From Minisyncoccota bacterium (GTDB taxonomy: Bacteria; Patescibacteriota; Minisyncoccia; Phycocordibacterales; PALSA-1337), in contig JBAYFZ010000003.1 of the NCBI GenBank assembly GCA_041666915.1, positions 22,394-86,393 of the forward strand: a stretch of 64,000 bases of DNA, given 5' to 3'. The notes under the pieces were generated by a model. It made no database searches. It was not told where the DNA came from and saw only the letters and a list, made by a program, of their open reading frames with translations. Numbering within the stretch: the stretch's first letter is position 1; every line of letters begins with the position of its first letter. Shown piece by piece: positions 37,289 to 46,350 of the stretch. Made by a program: the position numbers and the translations under genes.

Positions 37289-39988
37289 ATGTCATTTTTG
37301 GATAAATTAAGAGGTGGTTCTCATACGAAGGCCTTGAAAGGGTTTCAGCCTATCGTAAAAGAGATAAATCAGCTTGAAGCAAAGATTCAGGCTCTTTCTG
37401 ATGAAGAATTGAAAAGAAAGACAGTTGAATTTAAAAAAAGACTTGAAATAGTTGATCCTAAATCTGGCGAAACCTTGAAATTTACCGACCCTGCAGAAGA
37501 AAAGAAAATTTTGAATGCGAAATTAAATGAGATTTTGCCCGAAGCTTTTGCAGTGATTCGTGAAGCATCTCGCCGTACTTTGGGTCAGAGACATTTTGAT
37601 GTTCAACTTCTGGGAGGTATGGTTTTGAATTCTGGAGGTATTGCAGAGATGCGAACTGGTGAAGGTAAGACTTTGGTGGCCACATTACCAGCGTATTTGA
37701 ATGCTCTGACTGGTAAAGGTGTACATATTGTTACAGTCAACGATTATCTCTCTAGACGTGATGCCGTTTGGATGGGTCAGATTTATTCTTTCTTGGGTCT
37801 TTCTGTAGGTGTTATAAACCACGAAGCATCTTTTTTGTATGATGCTACTGCTGTCACACCTAGTGGTGATATCCTGGATTCCCGCCGAAGTTTATCCTCG
37901 AAGGGGACGGTAAATGACAACAAGAGCCAGGAGGTCACACCTCCAGATTCGCTTCCAGATTCACTAGATAAAGAACGCGATTCACTCGGTGCTTTCAAAG
38001 TTGTTCATGAATTTCTACGACCAGTTTCTAGGCACGAAGCCTACATGGCTGACATTACTTATGGTACTAATAATGAATTCGGTTTTGATTATTTGCGTGA
38101 CAATCTAGAATATTCTAGAGATAGGTTGCGTCAGAGAACTTTCAATTACGCTATTGTTGATGAGATTGACTCTATTCTTATAGATGAAGCTAGGACACCT
38201 CTCATTATCTCTGCACCAACTCGTGATGCCGAAAGTACTTACAAACAATTTGCCCAGCTTGTTACTTCATTCAAAAAAGATGAGGACTACACGGTTGAGG
38301 AGAAACATCGTTCAATCTCTCTTACTCCAGCTGGTATTACCAAAGCTGAAAAGGCTCTGGGTATAGAAAATATTTATACAGAAAAGGGTATCAAGTCAGT
38401 CCATCATTTGGAAACTGCTATCAAGGCCGTAGCTTTGTATAACAATAACAAAGAGTATGTGGTCAAAGATAACCAGATCTTGATCGTTGATGAATTTACA
38501 GGACGTATTCAACCAGGAAGACGTTGGTCTGATGGTTTGCATCAGGCTATAGAAGCCAAAGAAGGTGTTTCTATTCAACAAGAGTCTAGGACTTATGCAT
38601 CTATTACATTCCAGAACTTTTTCCGTATGTATCCGAAGTTGTCGGGTATGACAGGTACAGCCGTCACTTCATCTGAAGAATTTTTCAAAGTTTATGGTTT
38701 GGAAGTTACAACGGTGCCTACGAACGTTCCTGCTGTTCGTAAAGATGAGAATGATCAGATCTTCCGCACGGAGATCGGTAAATACAAAGCTATTTCTCGC
38801 AAAGTAAAAGAGCTTCATGCCAAGGGTCAACCTGTTCTTATTGGTACAGTCTCTATTGAAAAAAATGAAGTTTTGTCACAGTTTTTGAAAGCGGAGGGTG
38901 TTCCTCATGAAATTTTGAATGCCAAGAATCATGAACGTGAAGGAGAGATTATCGCTCAGGCTGGCAAAAAGGGTGCTGTGACTATTGCCACAAACATGGC
39001 TGGTCGCGGAGTTGATATCAAACTTGGTGGTAATCCAAATACTCCAGAATCTTATGCAGAGATAAAACAAAACGGTGGTCTTTTTGTCCTTGGTACAGAG
39101 AGACATGAAGCACGTCGCATTGATAATCAACTTCGAGGCCGTTCGGGTCGTCAGGGTGATCCGGGTGAGACGCAATTCTTCGTTTCTCTTGAAGATACTC
39201 TCATGCGTGTCTTTGCTTCGGATATGTTGAAGTCAATGATGGGTAAGCTCGGCATGCCAGAAGATGAGGCTATTGAACATAAGATCATTTCTAGGTCTTT
39301 GGAATCTGCTCAAGAAAAGATTGAGGGATTCAATTTTGATTCTAGAAAACATGTTTTGGAATTTGATGACATCATAAATCACCAGAGAACTGCTATCTAT
39401 GGTAGACGTCGCAAATTGCTTATGGGTACAGTTGATGATGTTGAAGCGGAGTTAGGTCAGATTATTGGGGGAGAGAACTCTGATGTTACGGGAATAATTC
39501 AAAAGAAAATTGCAGAATTTGGTCGCGAACCTTTCTTGATGGCTGTTCGTATAATTTTATTACAGACGATTGATATGTATTGGGTGGAACACCTAGAGGT
39601 AATGGATTACACGCGTTCAAGTGTAAATCTACGCGCTTACGGTCAACGTGATCCTCTGGTTGAATACAAGAAGGAAGGTCTCAGACTATTCAAAGAAATG
39701 CAGGGCGCTATGAGGGAGCAAGTTATTAAAATCATTCCTCATGTAGTCCCAGTCAATGATGGTAATCCTATTGTCAGCAGTAATTCAAGCAATTCAAATG
39801 GCGCTTCAAAACCTGTTGGTATTCAAGCTGATCTGAAGGAGGTTCATGAAAATGCTCAGATTATTGGTGCAGGTGATGGCTCAAGTAGTTCAAATTCTAT
39901 TAAAAAAGAACCTGAAGTAGGTCGCAACGATCCTTGTCCTTGCGGAAGTGGTAAGAAATACAAGAAATGTCATGGGGCGGGGAAGTAA
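37289..39988 (+). CDS. secA: Preprotein translocase ATPase SecA
   Basis: [43 protein letters not shown] motif [18 protein letters not shown]. Confidence 0.98.
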   Translation: MSFLDKLRGGSHTKALKGFQPIVKEINQLEAKIQALSDEELKRKTVEFKKRLEIVDPKSGETLKFTDPAEEKKILNAKLNEILPEAFAVIREASRRTLGQRHFDVQLLGGMVLNSGGIAEMRTGEGKTLVATLPAYLNALTGKGVHIVTVNDYLSRRDAVWMGQIYSFLGLSVGVINHEASFLYDATAVTPSGDILDSRRSLSSKGTVNDNKSQEVTPPDSLPDSLDKERDSLGAFKVVHEFLRPVSRHEAYMADITYGTNNEFGFDYLRDNLEYSRDRLRQRTFNYAIVDEIDSILIDEARTPLIISAPTRDAESTYKQFAQLVTSFKKDEDYTVEEKHRSISLTPAGITKAEKALGIENIYTEKGIKSVHHLETAIKAVALYNNNKEYVVKDNQILIVDEFTGRIQPGRRWSDGLHQAIEAKEGVSIQQESRTYASITFQNFFRMYPKLSGMTGTAVTSSEEFFKVYGLEVTTVPTNVPAVRKDENDQIFRTEIGKYKAISRKVKELHAKGQPVLIGTVSIEKNEVLSQFLKAEGVPHEILNAKNHEREGEIIAQAGKKGAVTIATNMAGRGVDIKLGGNPNTPESYAEIKQNGGLFVLGTERHEARRIDNQLRGRSGRQGDPGETQFFVSLEDTLMRVFASDMLKSMMGKLGMPEDEAIEHKIISRSLESAQEKIEGFNFDSRKHVLEFDDIINHQRTAIYGRRRKLLMGTVDDVEAELGQIIGGENSDVTGIIQKKIAEFGREPFLMAVRIILLQTIDMYWVEHLEVMDYTRSSVNLRAYGQRDPLVEYKKEGLRLFKEMQGAMREQVIKIIPHVVPVNDGNPIVSSNSSNSNGASKPVGIQADLKEVHENAQIIGAGDGSSSSNSIKKEPEVGRNDPCPCGSGKKYKKCHGAGK

Positions 39989-39996
39989 TTTTTCAA

Positions 39997-40464
39997 ATGA
40001 AAAAACAACTAACACTTTGCATAGTTCATCAACATCCAAAAGTCCTTCTTGGAATGAAGAAGAAAGGCTTTGGAGCTGGTAGATGGAATGGTTTTGGTGG
40101 TAAGGTTGAAAAAGGAGAGACTATAGAGGATGCTGCGGTGAGGGAACTACATGAAGAAGCGGGTATCAAAGCTGTCAATCTTGAAAAAGTTGGAATTTTG
40201 GATTTTGAATTTCAGGGCAACCCCGAGATTTTGGAAGTCCATATATTTAAGACCGATGATTTTCGTGGTAGACCAACCGAGAGTGATGAGATGAAACCGC
40301 AATGGTTTTTCGTAGAGGAGATTCCGTTCAAAGAAATGTGGCCAGATGACGTCTATTGGATACCACTATTTTTGAAGAGAAAGAAATTTAAAGGGAAGTT
40401 TCTCTTTGGTGAAGCAGATAAAATACTAGACAAAGATTTGACCGTGGTTGACTATTTGGAGTGA
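39997..40464 (+). CDS. Nudix hydrolase, 8-oxo-dGTP diphosphatase (MTH1/NUDT1-like)
   Basis: [35 protein letters not shown] Nudix box; MWPDD..W.P. Confidence 0.9.
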   Translation: MKKQLTLCIVHQHPKVLLGMKKKGFGAGRWNGFGGKVEKGETIEDAAVRELHEEAGIKAVNLEKVGILDFEFQGNPEILEVHIFKTDDFRGRPTESDEMKPQWFFVEEIPFKEMWPDDVYWIPLFLKRKKFKGKFLFGEADKILDKDLTVVDYLE

Positions 40465-40470
40465 TTTTCT

Positions 40471-40512
40471 GGTCGCCTCCGCCCTTCGACAAGCTCAGGG
40501 CTTTGGCGAACC
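40471..40512. repeat. Intergenic palindromic element between convergent genes
   Basis: ggtcgcc...gcccttcgacaagctcagggc...ggcgaacc. Confidence 0.55.
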
Positions 40513-40522
40513 GAAGGAATAA

Positions 40523-40756
40523 TTATTTACCACCAAAGACTTTTTGTAATTCCTCCTTATGTTTTTCTACAGTCTCCATGACAGCTGTAGTCTGATCTTT
40601 TCCGTTTTTGACTTTACTTTGCACTTCCTCAGCTATTTTTTTGAAGAAATCGGGATTTTTTTCTAATAATTCAAAAATTTTATCCTGTTCTGCTTGAGGA
40701 ACATCCTTCATCTTTGATTTGAGTAATTGCTTGAATAAGAAGTTTTGTATGGCCAT
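40523..40756 (-). CDS. Small helical hypothetical protein
   Basis: 77 aa, plausible charged amphipathic helices, fills an intergenic gap. Confidence 0.75.
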   Translation of the reverse strand: MAIQNFLFKQLLKSKMKDVPQAEQDKIFELLEKNPDFFKKIAEEVQSKVKNGKDQTTAVMETVEKHKEELQKVFGGK

Positions 40757-40766
40757 AATGATGTGG

Positions 40767-40831
40767 TTTACGGAAGCGAGGCTTCCAGAAGTTGTTGAAA
40801 TATAGCATATTTCCGGATGTCAGGCATCTGG
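40767..40831. repeat. Two REP-family palindromes in a divergent promoter region
   Basis: tttacggaagcgaggcttcc (40767-40786) and ccggatgtcaggcatctgg (40813-40831). Confidence 0.7.
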
Positions 40832-40866
40832 TTCCCAAAACCTTTATGGTGTGTTAATCTATAGTC

Positions 40867-41943
40867 ATGATTTCAAGAGTCTCCGCATACTTCTTTTTTG
40901 TCTTATTACTCTGTGCTGTTGTAGCGTCAGTCTTTATTTTCTTGCCATTTTTGACACCGATCATTTTGGGTATAGCTGCTTCGGTTATTGCTTACCCAGT
41001 CTATCGTTGGTTCAGTAAACTTTTTGGAGTTGGTAAAGTTGGTGCTGGAGCAGCTAGGACAAATTTGGCTGCTTTTCTTACCGTCCTTATTCTTGTTGTC
41101 GTTGTCGTTGTACCAGTATTCTTTTTGATCAGTAGAATGTACGTTGAAGTCCAATCTCTTTACACAGCTTTAACAGATGAATCAGAACGCTCGGTTATTA
41201 TCAATAGTCTAAATTCATTGTCCCAGTCATTATCAAATAGACTTTTCAATGTTTTCCCAGCTTATTCTTTTGATTCGCTGAACATTACAGAGTATATGAA
41301 AGGCTTTTTGATCTGGATATTTGGCAATCTGGATAAGATTTTCACTGGTGTAGCGACGGTTGCAATCTATTTGTTCGTCTTCTTATTATCAATGTTCTAT
41401 TTCCTTAGAGATGGAGCAATGATCAAGAGAAAATTTGTCTCATGGAGTCCCTTGCTTGATAATTATGATGAGTATATTACCATAACTTTGAAGAAAGCCA
41501 TTCTGTCGGTTTTCGGAGGTACTGTCGTCGTTGCTTTGATTCAAGGAATACTGACTGGATTTGGCTTCTGGATTTTCGGTGTGCCGGCTCCAGCGGTTTG
41601 GGGTGCCGTGGCATCTATCGCAGCCTTTATTCCTGGAATAGGTACAAGTCTGGTTATTGTCCCTGGAATATTGTACTTGGTATTAACTGGTAATTATCCT
41701 TATGCGGTAGGGTTAACTATTTGGGGAACAGTCGCGGTAGGCCTTATTGATAATATTCTTGGTCCTCATTTGATCAATAAAGGAGTACACATTCATCCAT
41801 TCCTTATTCTTATTTCAGTCTTGGGTGGATTGTCAGTTTTTGGACCAGTCGGATTTGTTCTAGGACCTCTCATACTTTCATTACTCTTTGCATTACTAGA
41901 GATATATAGAACATCATTTACTAACATCAAGGATGGAGAGTAG
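40867..41943 (+). CDS. AI-2E family transporter
   Basis: FYFLRDG, IPGIGT, DNILGP, HPFLILISVLGGL..FG..G..LGP. Confidence 0.9.
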   Translation: MISRVSAYFFFVLLLCAVVASVFIFLPFLTPIILGIAASVIAYPVYRWFSKLFGVGKVGAGAARTNLAAFLTVLILVVVVVVPVFFLISRMYVEVQSLYTALTDESERSVIINSLNSLSQSLSNRLFNVFPAYSFDSLNITEYMKGFLIWIFGNLDKIFTGVATVAIYLFVFLLSMFYFLRDGAMIKRKFVSWSPLLDNYDEYITITLKKAILSVFGGTVVVALIQGILTGFGFWIFGVPAPAVWGAVASIAAFIPGIGTSLVIVPGILYLVLTGNYPYAVGLTIWGTVAVGLIDNILGPHLINKGVHIHPFLILISVLGGLSVFGPVGFVLGPLILSLLFALLEIYRTSFTNIKDGE

Positions 41944-42039
41944 AGCTAAGAGTTAAGAGGTAAGAGCTAAGATTAATCACAAATTACATCGGCTTCTTTA
42001 CCTCTTACCTCTTACCTCTTACCTCTTACCTCTTACCTC
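41941..42039. repeat. Opposed heptamer tandem repeats
   Basis: About 4 degenerate NTAAGAG units (41941-41971) and 6 exact TTACCTC units (41998-42039). Confidence 0.85.
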
Positions 42040-42046
42040 TACCATC

Positions 42047-43036
42047 ATGGCTCTCATTGACGAAATACAATTTCATGCAAAAGCAGGCAACGGCGGTAAC
42101 GGCGTTGTTCGTTGGCGTCATGAGAAGAATAAAGAATTTGCTGGCGCAGGAGGTGGTAACGGTGGACCTGGTGGGGATGTCTACGTACGGACTGTTCGCG
42201 ATATAAATATCTTAGCTAGACATAAAACTACAAAATTATTCCAAGCTAGAAATGGTGACGATGGACAAAATTTTAATATGCAAGGTAAGGCTGGAGATGA
42301 TTGTTATATAGATTTACCGATCGGTTCAGTGATTGTAAATCTGCAGACTGGACGTACAATTGAGCTATTCAATGAAGGGGAAGAACAGAAGATTCTACAC
42401 GGTGGTCGTGGCGGTCTTGGTAATGAGTACTTCAAGGCTTCTACAAATATTAGACCTGAGCAATCAACTGACGGTGTCTATGGTGAAGAGGCTGACTTTA
42501 CGGTTGAATTGAACCTCATCGCTGACGCGGGGCTTATTGGTCTTCCTAATGCAGGTAAATCTAGTCTGCTGAACGCACTCACGGAGGCACGCGCGAAGGT
42601 TGGTAGTTATCAATTTACAACTCTGGATCCTAACCTAGGAGCTTTACCAGGAGGTTATATTCTCGCTGATTTGCCAGGACTTATAGAAGGTGCGGCTGAA
42701 GGTAAAGGTCTCGGTCATAAGTTCTTGAAGCATGTAAAGAGAACAAAAATGTTGCTCCATCTTGTTTCTTTGGAGAATGAAAATGTTATAGAAGTTTATC
42801 AAGGTATTAGAAAAGAATTGGAGAGATTTGGTGAGGGTTTGGATCAAAAAGAAGAAATAATAATTCTTACGAAGACGGATCTTGTAGGTCCAGAAAAGAT
42901 AGAAGAAGCGAGAAAGAGTCTTTCCGGAGGTGTAACCTCCGGAAATAAGACGCCGACTATTCTCACTGTTAGTATTTTAGATGATGGATCTATTAAAGAT
43001 TTGTCGGATAAATTGACTAAGAAGTTGGCGGAGTAG
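42047..43036 (+). CDS. obgE: GTPase ObgE/CgtA
   Basis: Gly-rich Obg fold, GLPNAGKSS, YQFTTL, DLPGLIEGA, TKTD. Confidence 0.95.
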   Translation: MALIDEIQFHAKAGNGGNGVVRWRHEKNKEFAGAGGGNGGPGGDVYVRTVRDINILARHKTTKLFQARNGDDGQNFNMQGKAGDDCYIDLPIGSVIVNLQTGRTIELFNEGEEQKILHGGRGGLGNEYFKASTNIRPEQSTDGVYGEEADFTVELNLIADAGLIGLPNAGKSSLLNALTEARAKVGSYQFTTLDPNLGALPGGYILADLPGLIEGAAEGKGLGHKFLKHVKRTKMLLHLVSLENENVIEVYQGIRKELERFGEGLDQKEEIIILTKTDLVGPEKIEEARKSLSGGVTSGNKTPTILTVSILDDGSIKDLSDKLTKKLAE

Positions 43037-43628
43037 GGAAGTTTCTTCCGGAGGTGTAACCTCCGGAAAACAGTATTGGTGTTTGTTTACGAATCTCACC
43101 TAAATAATCTTTGAAGCTAGAGTACTCATAATTTTTAGAATAGGCCATTGCTTCCATGGCATGTTCCTTCTGAGCTTCTTTTGACATTTCTGGTTCCTTG
43201 ATCCCGTAAGGATTTAGATGGACATAATTGATTAGCTTATCAAGATAATCTTTTTCGTACACACCTTTTTCTTTGAACGATCCTTGCCAGATAGTTCCAG
43301 AATGATCGTATTTTTTGTTGTAATAACCAGAATAGCCAGTGCAGAATTTATGCATGAATTTAGTAATGTTTTCTGGAGGTGAAGCCTCCGGAAGTTTTAA
43401 GACGATATGGAAATGATTAGGCATTAAACAATAAGCGACAATATCAACAAGCGTACCTTTACGTTCAATTGAAAATATATCTTTTTCTCCGAAACCTTTG
43501 AGTTCAAAAGATTCGGTATTATTAGCTATATAGAGTAGTTTCAACATACGCCAATAGTCGCTGGCGTCATTAAAAATGACTGCTTTATGAGCTCCTCGGT
43601 TGTAGATATGATAGTAAATTTCTTTCAT
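43017..43628 (-). CDS. REP-associated tyrosine transposase (RAYT, Y1/IS200-like HUH)
   Basis: YYHIYNRG, AYCLMPNHFH (HUH), G.IWQG.F, YVHLNP, YEYSS; flanked by palindromic REPs. Confidence 0.9.
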   Translation of the reverse strand: MKEIYYHIYNRGAHKAVIFNDASDYWRMLKLLYIANNTESFELKGFGEKDIFSIERKGTLVDIVAYCLMPNHFHIVLKLPEASPPENITKFMHKFCTGYSGYYNKKYDHSGTIWQGSFKEKGVYEKDYLDKLINYVHLNPYGIKEPEMSKEAQKEHAMEAMAYSKNYEYSSFKDYLGEIRKQTPILFSGGYTSGRNFPTPPTS

Positions 43629-43818
43629 ATTTTTCCGGAGGTGTAACCTCCGAAATTGTATATTATCAGGACGAGTTAAAATCCTGATAAAGAAAGGTTA
43701 AAGAAATGATAAAAAAGTTATGAAGAAACAATGAAGATTTCCTCCGGAGGTGTAACCTCCGGAGTCAGCCGAGATTTCGGAAAAACAGAGACATGTCTCT
43801 CGAAAGGGTAGGGAATTA

Positions 43819-43842
43819 AAACACCGCTAGTTGGCGGTGTTT
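43819..43842 (-). terminator. Intrinsic terminator-like hairpin downstream of gatB
   Basis: aaacaccgc-tagttg-gcggtgttt. Confidence 0.6.
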
Positions 43843-43914
43843 ATTATAGTTTATTAATGTTTAAATATTTTATATGGCTCTAATTCGTTCCGGATGTCAG
43901 ACATCAGAAAAGTG

Positions 43915-45498
43915 TTAACCAATCTTTTCTATGAGTAACTTCTTCAGTATTTCAGGGTTGGCTGAACCTTTTGTGGCTTTCATCGCTTGACCTATGAGGA
44001 ATTGGAGTGAAGCAGTTTTACCGTTTTTGTATTCAGCTATTACAGAAGGGTTGGTAGAGATGATGTTTGCGATGACTGGATCAAGTGCACCAAGATCACT
44101 CTTTTGGATAAGGTTATTTTTTTCAGCGAATGCACGCAATTGACCAGCTTCAACATGAGTCGATTTGCTATCAGTTCCACCTACGAGTAATATCAAAAGA
44201 TCTTTTGCTCCACGTGAAGAAAGGTCACCACTTACGATGAGTTCAATGAGTTCAGCGAAGGTGTCTGATCCGATTGGTCCGAGAATGCCCGAAGATTTTG
44301 CATCAGATCCGATTGAACCTTTTTTATCTGCTGAATTATTTTTTTCGGTGTTTGTATTTGAACTGACATTTTCTGTTGAATCGGTCGTGCCAGTTGAATC
44401 ATTTGTACCAGAGACTTTTTTGAGTAGTCCCAAGTAATCAGTGAGGAGATAGTTGACAGCAAGTTTGATCTTCTTTGCATCACCTTTGAATGTGGAAATG
44501 ACTGATTCAAAATATTTTGCAACTTCTGGTTGTTCTATGAATACCGCAACTTCTTTGTCAGTCATGCCAAAAGAATTTTTGAAGCGATCTCGTTTTGTCC
44601 ATGGCAACTCTGGCAAATCTTTTTCTATAACATTTTTAGAAAATTCCGGCATCTCAGAAATTTTCAACTTTGGAATATCTGGTTCAGGGAAGTAGCGATA
44701 GTCATGAGAACTTTCTTTTTTTCGTTGAGAATAAGTTTCTCCGGCGGAGTCATCCCAACCTCGAGTCTCTTGCACGACAACTTCACCAGCTTCAAGGAGA
44801 GAAGTCTGACGTAGAAGTTCACACTCAATAGCTTTTTCTACAGAACGAAATGAATTTAAATTTTTGACTTCAGTCTTCGTTCCAAATTTTCCTTTGGTAG
44901 TGTCAGCGGGGGAGGCGATAGAAATATTTGCTTCAACACGCATTTCTCCTTTTTCCATATTTGCTTCACCAGCTCCAAGGTAACGTAAAAGTAGTTGCAA
45001 CTCTTTTGCGAAACGTACAGCAGTGACGGCATCATGGATGACAGGTTTTGTAACGAGCTCCATGAGCGGTACTCCAGATCTATTAAAATTTACTAAACTT
45101 TTTTCGTGTGAGTCGTGAGTGGACTGGGCAGTGTCTTCTTCAAGATGGATTCTCTCTAGTTCAATGCCAGCAAGATTTCCTCCAGAGACGAGAGGGTATT
45201 TGTATTGAGAGATCTGGTAACCTTTTGGTATATCAGGATAAAAATAATTTTTGCGATCCCATTCTGTAAAATCGGCAATAGTTCCACCTATGGCTGTACC
45301 TACGCGGATAACATGTTTGATTGCTTCTTTGTTGAGGACTGGAAGAGTACCTGGGTGAGCTAGACAGATAGGGCAGACATTTTGGTTAGGTTTTTCTTCA
45401 TCTGGATTGTTCCTACAAGAACAGAACATCTTTGAATTAGTACGAAGCTCGGCGTGTATTTCCAAGCCAATAGTTGGTATATATTTATTGTTTTCCAT
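43915..45498 (-). CDS. gatB: Asp-tRNA(Asn)/Glu-tRNA(Gln) amidotransferase subunit B
   Basis: IGLEIHAEL, CPICLAHPGTLP, RKNYFYPD.PK.YQISQ, HLEED, EVKNLNS, YRYFPEPD. Confidence 0.97.
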   Translation of the reverse strand: MENNKYIPTIGLEIHAELRTNSKMFCSCRNNPDEEKPNQNVCPICLAHPGTLPVLNKEAIKHVIRVGTAIGGTIADFTEWDRKNYFYPDIPKGYQISQYKYPLVSGGNLAGIELERIHLEEDTAQSTHDSHEKSLVNFNRSGVPLMELVTKPVIHDAVTAVRFAKELQLLLRYLGAGEANMEKGEMRVEANISIASPADTTKGKFGTKTEVKNLNSFRSVEKAIECELLRQTSLLEAGEVVVQETRGWDDSAGETYSQRKKESSHDYRYFPEPDIPKLKISEMPEFSKNVIEKDLPELPWTKRDRFKNSFGMTDKEVAVFIEQPEVAKYFESVISTFKGDAKKIKLAVNYLLTDYLGLLKKVSGTNDSTGTTDSTENVSSNTNTEKNNSADKKGSIGSDAKSSGILGPIGSDTFAELIELIVSGDLSSRGAKDLLILLVGGTDSKSTHVEAGQLRAFAEKNNLIQKSDLGALDPVIANIISTNPSVIAEYKNGKTASLQFLIGQAMKATKGSANPEILKKLLIEKIG

Positions 45499-45516
45499 AT
45501 ACCGTATAGATTAACA

Positions 45517-45768
45517 TTAATCTGTCAGATGTTGAACCATGAGTTTACGGACCTGCTTTTTCGTAGGCTTCTTCATTCCACGACTGACTTCTATTTCTAT
45601 AAGTAGTTTCTCTATATCAGATACTTTATAAACGCGGTAATTGTTGATAGGGTGACGTCCTGCTGAGAATTTACCGCTATTGTCCCAATTGCGTAATGTG
45701 AGAGGGGTAACACCCAATATCTCGGCTGCTTTCTGTATAGTTATAAGTTTTGTTTGAAGAATATCCAT
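45517..45768 (-). CDS. MerR/BldC-like helix-turn-helix DNA-binding protein
   Basis: ITIQKAAEILGVTPLTLRNWDNSGK...HPINNYRVY. Confidence 0.88.
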   Translation of the reverse strand: MDILQTKLITIQKAAEILGVTPLTLRNWDNSGKFSAGRHPINNYRVYKVSDIEKLLIEIEVSRGMKKPTKKQVRKLMVQHLTD

Positions 45769-46223
45769 AAAATTAAAGGTTAATAAACATTGATAATAGT
45801 TATTAAATATATATAAATTGAATAAAATGTAATCTAAAATTATGCAAATTCTGTCTAAATCGTATTAATGTTTATAAAGGGTAAAATAAGATAGAAAATT
45901 TTAATAAAAATTCATGATCAACTTTTAGCTTTACGTTTATAAGTTTAACATATTTATTAAGGTGCAACTCTTAAAAATGTGCATAAAGCCCTATAAACGA
46001 TTTTAAAGCCAAGTTTTGAATTGAAATTATTGTCTACTTGTAAAACCATCATATTTATTTATATCACACCTTATAATATTAGCCGTATATTTATTGTGTG
46101 AGTACTATTTATATACTAAGTTTATCCCTTCCTGATTAAAACAGGTCTCTACACGATCTAGTCGCCCGACTCTTTTAAGTATTGATATATCTTTCCCTAT
46201 AAATGAAATTACAGCCTCTGAGA

Positions 46224-46248
46224 TTTACGGAGGTTACACCTCCGGAAA
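46224..46248 (-). repeat. REP copy in reverse orientation
   Basis: tttacggaggttacacctccggaaa. Confidence 0.8.
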
Positions 46249-46350
46249 AATTACTACATACCTTTTTTTATTTCTGTTTTATAATTTGTTGTCCACAGTT
46301 TTCCTGAATATTTTCGTTAAAGATTACGATATAATGATTAGCGAACCAAT

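Larger units (their letters stand above)
42921..43909. repeat. REP cluster around and within the RAYT gene
   Basis: TCCGGAGGTGTAACCTCCG at 42921, 43046, 43632 and 43742; variants at 43371 and 43888. Confidence 0.88.

Noticed and set aside
43017-43628. IS200/IS605 insertion sequence
   Set aside because: No tnpB. The motifs and multiple dispersed flanking palindromes fit a RAYT better.
45769-46350. Replication origin in the AT-rich intergenic region
   Set aside because: Only about one DnaA-box-like sequence (ttgtccaca near 46290) and no dnaA/dnaN nearby; better explained as a divergent promoter region.
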